The translations under genes were made by a program, and so were the position numbers. Of a DNA stretch of 64,000 nucleotides, positions 56,346-64,000 are shown piece by piece. The number at the start of each line of letters is the position of its first letter. Position 1 is the first letter of the stretch. The notes under the pieces were generated by a model. The model made no database searches, had not been told where the DNA came from, and worked only from the letters and a program-made list of their open reading frames with translations. Origin of the DNA: Escherichia coli (lineage in GTDB: Bacteria > Pseudomonadota > Gammaproteobacteria > Enterobacterales > Enterobacteriaceae); the NCBI RefSeq assembly GCF_003018255.1, contig NZ_CP027440.1. The stretch is one strand, 5' to 3'.

Positions 56346-57257
56346 TTAAATCCCCGCCCCCTGGCTAAAATGCTCTTCCCCAAACACCCCGGTAGAAAGG
56401 TAGCGATCGCCGCGATCGCAGATGATCGCCACAACCACCGCGCCGGGGTTAGCTTTTGCCACGCGCAGTGCTCCGGCAACCGCGCCGCCGGAGCTGACGC
56501 CACAGAATATTCCTTCCCGCACTGCCAGCTCGCGCATGGTGTTTTCCGCATCGCGCTGATGAATATCCAGCACTTCATCCACCAGCGAAGCGTTGAAAAT
56601 CCCTGGCAGATATTCCGCAGGCCAGCGGCGAATGCCGGGAATGCTACTGCCCTCTTCCGGCTGCAGGCCAACAATGGTCACCGGTTTGGATTGTTCGCGC
56701 ATAAAGCGTGACACACCGGTAATGGTGCCGGTCGTCCCCATACTGGAGACAAAATGCGTAATGCGCCCGCCAGTTTGCTGCCAGATTTCCGGCCCGGTGG
56801 TGGTGTAATGGGCGAAGGGATTATCAGGATTATTGAACTGATCGAGCAGCTTTCCTTCACCACGATTGGCCATCTCCAGCGCCAGATCGCGCGCGCCTTC
56901 CATGCCCTGCTCTTTGGTGACAAGAATCAGTTCCGCACCGTATGTCAGCATCGCTGCACGGCGCTCCTGGCTCATGTTGTCGGGCATCAGCAATTTCATG
57001 CGATAGCCTTTAAGCGCGGCAATCATTGCCAGCGCAATGCCGGTGTTACCACTGGTGGCTTCGATCAGCACGTCACCCGGTTTAATTTCCCCGCGCTTTT
57101 CCGCCTCAACGATCATCGAAAGTGCCGCACGATCTTTTACCGAACCTGCCGGGTTATTGCCTTCCAGTTTCAACCAGACTTCACTGCCGTTATTCGGCCC
57201 CATTCGCTGCAACTTCACCAGAGGCGTATTGCCAATTGTTTGTTCTAATGTACTCAC
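56346..57257 (-). CDS. cysM: O-acetylserine/thiosulfate sulfhydrylase B (cysteine synthase B)
   Basis: 303-aa ORF; PLP-lysine motif (NPAGSVKDRAA); ends ...HFSQGAGI. Confidence 0.95.
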   Translation of the reverse strand: MSTLEQTIGNTPLVKLQRMGPNNGSEVWLKLEGNNPAGSVKDRAALSMIVEAEKRGEIKPGDVLIEATSGNTGIALAMIAALKGYRMKLLMPDNMSQERRAAMLTYGAELILVTKEQGMEGARDLALEMANRGEGKLLDQFNNPDNPFAHYTTTGPEIWQQTGGRITHFVSSMGTTGTITGVSRFMREQSKPVTIVGLQPEEGSSIPGIRRWPAEYLPGIFNASLVDEVLDIHQRDAENTMRELAVREGIFCGVSSGGAVAGALRVAKANPGAVVVAIICDRGDRYLSTGVFGEEHFSQGAGI

Positions 57258-57280
57258 GATCTATGTCCATACGTGGTGTT

Positions 57281-57317
57281 GCCTGATGCGACGCTTGCGC
57301 GTCTTATCAGGCCTACA
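57281..57317. repeat. REP element between cysM and cysA
   Basis: GCCTGATGCGACGCTTGCGCGTCTTATCAGGCCTACA, the same family as the units at 31480-31590. Confidence 0.85.
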
Positions 57318-57390
57318 GGTTACAAACCTTGCCATTAAAAAGCCCGGATCGCGGGAAGCGCCTCCGGGCGTTTAACATTCACTCAACCTA

Positions 57391-58488
57391 TCAGGCGCTT
57401 TGTGCGAGAGCAAGTTCCTCATCGCGGGTTTCAATACGCTCGTCGCCGTTATACAGCCGCGCATGTTGCAGACCAACGAATAAACGCTCGCCACGCTGCG
57501 GGGCATCGTCGCCATGCATCACAACCGTCAGCGGTTCGTTGTACCACCCCAGCGGCTGCACGACTAATTGGGTGTAGTGGCCTTTCGGGCTGGCTTCCAG
57601 TACCTGTACCGGCAGCGGCGAATCGAGGCTGGTACGGCGGCTGATATCCACTTCCCACGGGCGCAGGAAGAGATCCACCGGCCCCTGATAAGCAGGTGTG
57701 TAGCCCAGCGGCCAGCGATGTGCGCCAACATGGAACTGCCCGCCGCGAATGGTTCCCTGCAGGCGGTTCACTTCGCCCATAAATTCGAGCACAAAGCGGG
57801 TCGCTGGTTCGCGCCATACCTGATCCGGCGCATCAGCCTGCTCGATATTGCCCTGGCTCATCACCACTACACGATCGGCTACTTCGGTCGCTTCTTCCTG
57901 GTCATGGGTCACGAATACGCTGGTAAATTTCAGTTCTTCATGCAGTTGACGCAACCAGCGACGCAGCTCTTTACGCACCTGCGCATCCAGCGCGCCAAAC
58001 GGTTCATCAAGCAGCAGAATTTGCGGTTCCACAGCCAGCGCACGCGCCAGCGCCACGCGCTGTTTCTGCCCGCCGGAAAGCTGTGCCGGATAACGATCCG
58101 CCAGATGCGCAAGCTGGACCATCTCCAGCAATTTTGTCACTTTCGCTTTGATGGCTGCGGCATTCGGGCGCTCGCGACGCGGCAGCACCGTCAGGCCGAA
58201 AGCGATATTGTCGAATACCGTCATATGGCGGAACAGCGCGTAATGCTGAAACACGAAACCGACTTTACGATCGCGCGCATGCAGGCGGCTGACGTCGGTG
58301 CCGTGGAAGCGAATATGCCCGCTGGTTTGATGCTCCAGCCCGGCGATAATCCGCAGCAGCGTGGTTTTCCCGGAACCGGACGGCCCCAGCAACGCGACCA
58401 TCTGACCAGAAGGAATATCCAGCGAGATATCGTTCAGCACCTGGGTGCGACCAAAAGACTTCTTAATATTGGCAATCTCAATGCTCAT
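57391..58488 (-). CDS. cysA: Sulfate/thiosulfate ABC transporter ATP-binding subunit
   Basis: 365-aa ORF; Walker A (GPSGSGKTT), ABC signature ([15 protein letters not shown]), Walker B (LLLDEPF). Confidence 0.96.
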   Translation of the reverse strand: MSIEIANIKKSFGRTQVLNDISLDIPSGQMVALLGPSGSGKTTLLRIIAGLEHQTSGHIRFHGTDVSRLHARDRKVGFVFQHYALFRHMTVFDNIAFGLTVLPRRERPNAAAIKAKVTKLLEMVQLAHLADRYPAQLSGGQKQRVALARALAVEPQILLLDEPFGALDAQVRKELRRWLRQLHEELKFTSVFVTHDQEEATEVADRVVVMSQGNIEQADAPDQVWREPATRFVLEFMGEVNRLQGTIRGGQFHVGAHRWPLGYTPAYQGPVDLFLRPWEVDISRRTSLDSPLPVQVLEASPKGHYTQLVVQPLGWYNEPLTVVMHGDDAPQRGERLFVGLQHARLYNGDERIETRDEELALAQSA

Positions 58489-59353
58489 GATGTTCCTCCT
58501 GCTGCGCGCGTTTTTCCTGATTCTCCAGGCGCCACTGCAACATACTCTTTAAAAACAGGGTGATAATCGCCATCAGCGTCAACAACGCAGCGGCGGTAAA
58601 GGAGCCGACGGTGTTGTAGTCCTGCTCCAGCAATTCAATCTGTAGCGGCAGCGAAAGTGTTTCGCCGCGAATCGAGCCGGAAACCACCGACACCGCGCCA
58701 AACTCGCCAATTGCGCGGGCGTTGGTCAGCACCACGCCGTAAAGCAGCGCCCAGCGGATGTTCGGCAGCGTGACGCGACGGAACATCTGCCAGCCGGACG
58801 CGCCAAGTAAAATCGCCGCTTCGTCTTCCTGGCTGCCCTGACTTAACATTACCGGTACCAGTTCGCGCACCACAAACGGACACGTCACGAAGATGGTGAC
58901 CAGCACCATACCCGGCCAGGAGAACATAATTTGCAGATTATGTTCATCCAGCCAGCCGCCCAGCGGGCCGTTAGAGCCGTAGAACAGCAGATACACCAGA
59001 CCAGCAACCACCGGCGACACGGCAAACGGAATGTCCAGCAGCGTCAGCAATAGCTGGCGTCCGGGGAAGTTAAAGCGCGTCACCAGCCAGGCCAGCAGAA
59101 TGCCGAACACCAGGTTTACCGGTACGGCAATCAGCGCGATCATCACCGTCAGCCAGATGGCGTGCAGCATGTCCGGATCGGCCAGATTTTGTAACACCGG
59201 CATCAGTCCTTTGCTGAACGCCTGTACGAAGATATAAATCATCGGCACCAGCAGGATGAACGCCGATACCAGCATCCCGATGCCAATCAGAAACCATTTG
59301 CCCCAGTTAATCGGGCGCGCGTCATAACGCTTCAATTGTGTCACTTCCGCCAT
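58478..59353 (-). CDS. cysW: Sulfate/thiosulfate ABC transporter permease
   Basis: 291-aa membrane ORF; 3' end overlaps cysA start by 11 nt. Confidence 0.95.
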   Translation of the reverse strand: MAEVTQLKRYDARPINWGKWFLIGIGMLVSAFILLVPMIYIFVQAFSKGLMPVLQNLADPDMLHAIWLTVMIALIAVPVNLVFGILLAWLVTRFNFPGRQLLLTLLDIPFAVSPVVAGLVYLLFYGSNGPLGGWLDEHNLQIMFSWPGMVLVTIFVTCPFVVRELVPVMLSQGSQEDEAAILLGASGWQMFRRVTLPNIRWALLYGVVLTNARAIGEFGAVSVVSGSIRGETLSLPLQIELLEQDYNTVGSFTAAALLTLMAIITLFLKSMLQWRLENQEKRAQQEEHHEH

Positions 59354-60186
59354 TAATGACCTACCACACGCCGACCAAAGCGACTTTGCAGAGTGTTAAT
59401 TGAGAACAGCAACAGCAGCGATGCCGCGAGGATCACCGAGGCAATCGCGCTCGCCGCCGGGTAATCAAACTCCTGTAAGCGAACAAAGATCATCAGCGAC
59501 GTCACTTCTGTTTTCCAGGCGATATTCCCGGCGATAAAAATCACCGCGCCAAACTCACCGAGGCTGCGGGTAAACGACAGCGCCACACCCGCCACCAGCG
59601 CCGGAGATAGTTCCGGCAGCACCACTTTGCGAAAACTCTGCCAGCGTGTTGCGCCGAGCGTTTCTGCCGCCTCTTCATATTCCGGGCCTAACTCTTCCAG
59701 CACCGGCTGCACGGTGCGCACCACAAACGGAATGCTGGTAAAGGCCATCGCCACCGCAATCCCCAGCCAGGTATAGGTGACTTTGATATCAAACTTCGCC
59801 AGCCATTCACCGTAAAAACCGTTCACGGAAAAGAGCGAGGCCAGCGTTAAACCGGCGACTGCCGTTGGCAGCGCAAAGGGTAAATCCATCAGCGCATCAA
59901 GCAGCGTGCGACCCGGAAAGCGATAGCGGGTTAAGATCCACGCCATCAGCAGACCGAAAACGCCGTTAAAAATCGATGCCACAAACGCCGACAGCAGCGT
60001 CACTTTATAGGCTGCGACCACCTGCGGGTTGGTGATCACCTCCCAGTACTGCGCCCAGCTCATCTGGGCCAGTTGCATCACCAGCGCGGAGAGCGGCAGC
60101 AGCAAAATCAGGCACACAAACAGCAGACTGGTGCCGAGGCTTAAGGTAAAGCCCGGCAGCACGCGTCTTGAAGAAACTGCAAACAT
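59353..60186 (-). CDS. cysU: Sulfate/thiosulfate ABC transporter permease
   Basis: 277-aa membrane ORF; stop overlaps cysW start. Confidence 0.95.
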   Translation of the reverse strand: MFAVSSRRVLPGFTLSLGTSLLFVCLILLLPLSALVMQLAQMSWAQYWEVITNPQVVAAYKVTLLSAFVASIFNGVFGLLMAWILTRYRFPGRTLLDALMDLPFALPTAVAGLTLASLFSVNGFYGEWLAKFDIKVTYTWLGIAVAMAFTSIPFVVRTVQPVLEELGPEYEEAAETLGATRWQSFRKVVLPELSPALVAGVALSFTRSLGEFGAVIFIAGNIAWKTEVTSLMIFVRLQEFDYPAASAIASVILAASLLLLFSINTLQSRFGRRVVGH

Positions 60187-61202
60187 TACTTACGCCCCGC
60201 CGCTAACAGCTTGTCTAACTCGCCGCCGCTGGTGAAGTGGGTTTTCATCACTTCCGGCCAGGAGCCAAATTTATCTTCCACGCGGAACAGCTCGGTCTGC
60301 GGGAATTTATCTTTCAGTTTGCCCATGACTTCCGGGTTATTTACGCGGTAGTAATAGTCGGTGATGATGGTTTGCGCCTGCGGGCTGTAGAGCCAGTTCA
60401 GGTAGGCTTTTGCCGCTTTTTCCGTGCCGTTGGCCTGTACGTTTTTATCCACCCACGCCACCGGGAATTCCGCCAGAATGTTGGTTTTCGGAATCACCAC
60501 TTCAAAGCCCTGCGCTTCATACTGTTTACGGATGTTGTTCACTTCCGACTCGAAGCTGATCAGCACATCGCCCAGGCCGCGCTCGGCAAAAGTGGTGGTC
60601 GCGCCACGACCGCCAGTATCGAACACTTCAACGTTTTTCAGGAACTGGGTCATAAACTGTTCGGTTTTGGCTTTATCACCACCGTCGGCTTTGTCCGCTG
60701 CGCCCCATGCCGCAAGGTAGGTATAACGCGCGTTACCCGACGTTTTCGGGTTCGGGAAAATCAGCTTCACGTCAGAGCGTACCAGGTCGTTCCAGTCGTG
60801 GATATTCTTTGGGTTGCCCTTACGCACCAGGAAGCCCATGGTGGAGTAGAACGGCGAGCTATTATTCGGCAGGCGCGACTGCCAGTCCGCTGGGATCAGC
60901 TTGCCTTTATCGTGCAGGATTTGTACGTCGGTCACCTGGTTATAAGTGACAACGTCGGCTTTTAAACCCTGCAAAATTGCCAGCGCCTGTTTTGATGATC
61001 CGGCATGAGATTGTTTAATCGTCAGTTTGTCGCCACCGTTATCTTTTGCCCATTGTTGCTCAAACGGCGGGTTCAGGGCGGCAAACAGCTCGCGGGAGAC
61101 GTCATAAGAACTGTTCAGCAGTTCCGTTGCCTGTACATGGCCCGCCAGTAGCAGAGAAGCAACCAGCACGAGTGAGTTCTTTTTCAGTAAGTTAACGGCC
61201 AT
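60186..61202 (-). CDS. cysP: Periplasmic thiosulfate-binding protein
   Basis: 338-aa ORF with signal peptide; stop overlaps cysU start. Confidence 0.95.
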   Translation of the reverse strand: MAVNLLKKNSLVLVASLLLAGHVQATELLNSSYDVSRELFAALNPPFEQQWAKDNGGDKLTIKQSHAGSSKQALAILQGLKADVVTYNQVTDVQILHDKGKLIPADWQSRLPNNSSPFYSTMGFLVRKGNPKNIHDWNDLVRSDVKLIFPNPKTSGNARYTYLAAWGAADKADGGDKAKTEQFMTQFLKNVEVFDTGGRGATTTFAERGLGDVLISFESEVNNIRKQYEAQGFEVVIPKTNILAEFPVAWVDKNVQANGTEKAAKAYLNWLYSPQAQTIITDYYYRVNNPEVMGKLKDKFPQTELFRVEDKFGSWPEVMKTHFTSGGELDKLLAAGRK

Positions 61203-61310
61203 TGCGCACCCTTATAAATTTAATGACTTTCTAATAGCCATCATATTTATAACGGACGTGAAAGGAGTAACGGTTTTATATACCGTTTGGTGATTTGGAA
61301 GTTGAAAAGG

Positions 61311-61347
61311 GAATAAGACGAAATCCTCCCCACAAATGCAGGGAGGA
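61311..61347 (-). terminator. Putative intrinsic terminator after ucpA
   Basis: Minus strand: TCCTCCC-TGCATTTGTG-GGGAGGA followed by a T-rich tract. Confidence 0.6.
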
Positions 61348-61359
61348 AACAGAGGTGAA

Positions 61360-62151
61360 TCAGATGCCGACGCTAACCGTCTCCGGCAGTGTGCTGCCGC
61401 CATCAATCACATTCTGTGTACCGGTTAAATAGCTGGATTCATCCGATGCGAGGAAGGCCGCCAGTTCGCCGACTTCCAGCGGATCGGCGAGGCGACGCAT
61501 CGGGATTGCTTTCGCCATTTCAGTCAGCACCGATTCTGGATCTTCCGGGTTCGACTGGCGGGCAATGCTTTCCGCCATTGGCGTGCGAACGTATCCAGGG
61601 CAGATGGCGTTAACGCGAATACCAGACTGCGCGTACTCCACCGCCAGCGATTTAGTCAGGCCAACAATCGCCGCTTTCGTTAAGGCGTACGCCGTTTCGC
61701 CCGGGTCTGCCACCATATCGCCAGTGACTGAAGACATCATCACAATCCGGCCATCTTTGCGGGCAATCATCTCCGGCAGCACCGCCTTCGTGACGTTCCA
61801 TACGCCTTTTATATTGATATCAATATGGAAATCGCGATCTTCATCGCTCATATCAAGGAAACTGCCCAGACGACAAACGCCTGCGTTATTCACCAGAATA
61901 TCAATGCGCCCTTCTTTTTCCTTAGCGCGCTTAATAGCTGCGGCGACCGACGCCGGGTCACGCACATCGGCGACAACCGCCGTACAGCGATGACCACGGC
62001 CACACAGTTCGTCCGCCAGCTTTTCGATCTCAGGGGAGATATCCAGCAAGATTAGGTTTGCGCCATGACGCGCAAAAGTTCTGGCAATTCCTTCGCCAAT
62101 TCCCTGCAATGCGCCCGTAATCAGTGCTGTCTTGCCCGTGAGTTTACCCAT
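61360..62151 (-). CDS. ucpA: Short-chain dehydrogenase/reductase (SDR) oxidoreductase
   Basis: Start chosen at MGKLTGKTALITGALQGIGEG (263 aa), containing the NAD(P)-binding Gly motif, rather than upstream ATG at 62217. Confidence 0.9.
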   Translation of the reverse strand: MGKLTGKTALITGALQGIGEGIARTFARHGANLILLDISPEIEKLADELCGRGHRCTAVVADVRDPASVAAAIKRAKEKEGRIDILVNNAGVCRLGSFLDMSDEDRDFHIDINIKGVWNVTKAVLPEMIARKDGRIVMMSSVTGDMVADPGETAYALTKAAIVGLTKSLAVEYAQSGIRVNAICPGYVRTPMAESIARQSNPEDPESVLTEMAKAIPMRRLADPLEVGELAAFLASDESSYLTGTQNVIDGGSTLPETVSVGI

Positions 62152-62279
62152 TTTAATGCTCTCCTTGTTAATACAGAGCGTTACACTCCATTCCCTCTGA
62201 AAATACAGGATAAACAAAATATTGCTGCGGATCAGCTCACTAATTCAGGAAAATCTCAATCCAGTCGCTGCTTTATGCA

Positions 62280-63137
62280 TCATTTCAGGCGTTGCGTTAG
62301 CTCACTGCTGCGCTCAATCATTTTCAATGACTCCACATCATTGAGTTGCACAAGGCCAACAAACAGTAAATCGGTAACAGAATTTTGCGCCGTGCGGGTG
62401 GACATCGACGAGCTGCGCCATTCGGTTTCGCCAGAAACGGTATCGAGGGTGTAATGCGCCAGCCGCCGCAGCGGGGAATCGGTTAATGAGGTAATGGCAA
62501 TCACCGTTGCCCCCTGCTTTCGCGCTGCCTCGGCGCACAAGACAATCTCTTTTTTACTGCCACTGTAAGAGATAGCGATTTGTACATCGCCTTTTTTTAG
62601 CGCCTGAGAAACGGTGGCTTGTACGTGGGTGTCGGCCTCACAGGCCACGCGATAACCAATTTTCATCAGTTTGAACGACAGATCGCGCCCCACCAGCGCC
62701 GACCCGCCCAGGCCCGTTATCTGGATAAACGGTGCTTTACTGATGACCTCAATGATTTTTTGCAGCCGCGCGTAGTCAAACAACGCGCAGGTTTGCTCCA
62801 GCGCCTGCTCTTTTTCGCGATTCAGTTTACGGGCAATCACTTCCAGCGAATCATCACTGGTAATCGAACTGTGCAGGTGCAGCGCCGTGGCATTCGTTTT
62901 CTCCCGGCTGGCACTGTATTCGCCAATTAACGCCATACGCAATTCAGTAAATCCTTGCGCGCCGAGCTTCTGGGCAAACTTCACAATACTCGACTGGCTG
63001 ATGCCGAGCTGTTTCGCCATCTTGCGCGAAGAGACGGATTTCAGCTCACTCACGTTGGCCCGCAGAAAGTCAGCAATTTTTTGCTCGTTCCCGGTAAATT
63101 CACTTTCCGCATTGCGTATTTTCGTCAGGTACAACAT
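62280..63137 (-). CDS. murR: RpiR-family repressor of MurNAc catabolism (HTH plus SIS domain)
   Basis: Start chosen at [14 protein letters not shown] (285 aa); divergent from murQ. Confidence 0.9.
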
Positions 63138-63282
63138 CTTCCACTCTCCTGGGCTGGCAGCAAAAATTCCGCTTAAGTTCTTATGACGCTCTTCACACTC
63201 TGCGAGTGTAGACTCAATGATTCCTTTAAGTCTGTCAATTCGGGATATATGATTCCATACATCTGCAATTATTTGATCGTAA

Positions 63283-64000
<718 letters not shown>

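Noticed and set aside
56234-56674. 146-aa minus-strand ORF spanning the yfeK 3' end and cysM 3' region
   Set aside because: It overlaps cysM in a different frame and is Ala/Arg/Trp-rich; I considered whether it could be a displaced yfeS but it cannot encode a 244-aa protein.

Overview
This 64-kb window reads as ordinary Escherichia coli core chromosome, collinear with the K-12 interval from the 3' end of dsdA to the 5' part of murQ. I found no convincing evidence of a novel or foreign system: no integrase, transposase, phage or CRISPR signatures, and every long ORF fits a known E. coli gene in the expected order. Gene order is: dsdA' | emrY-emrK (-) | evgA-evgS (+) | yfdE-yfdV-oxc-frc-yfdX (-) | ypdI | yfdY | lpxP | ypdK | alaC | ypdA-ypdB-ypdC (+) | fryA-ypdE-ypdF-fryC-fryB (-) | glk | yfeO | ypeC | mntH | nupC | pdeA | tRNA alaX-alaW (-) | yfeC-yfeD | gltX | tRNA valU-valX-valY-lysV (+) | xapR-xapB-xapA (-) | yfeN | yfeR | yfeH | ypeB-ligA-zipA (-) | cysZ | cysK | ptsH-ptsI-crr | pdxK | yfeK | cysM-cysA-cysW-cysU-cysP (-) | ucpA | murR | murQ'. 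Gene names come from my recognition of the translated ORFs and synteny, not from a database search. Two differences from my recollection of K-12 MG1655 stand out: the nupC-pdeA spacer has no IS186 copy, and yfeK abuts cysM with no yfeS between them. The most worthwhile second looks are the EvgA-box palindromes at three promoters, the tandem yfeC/yfeD paralogues, the low-complexity ypeC protein, and the under-characterised ypdABC/fry module.
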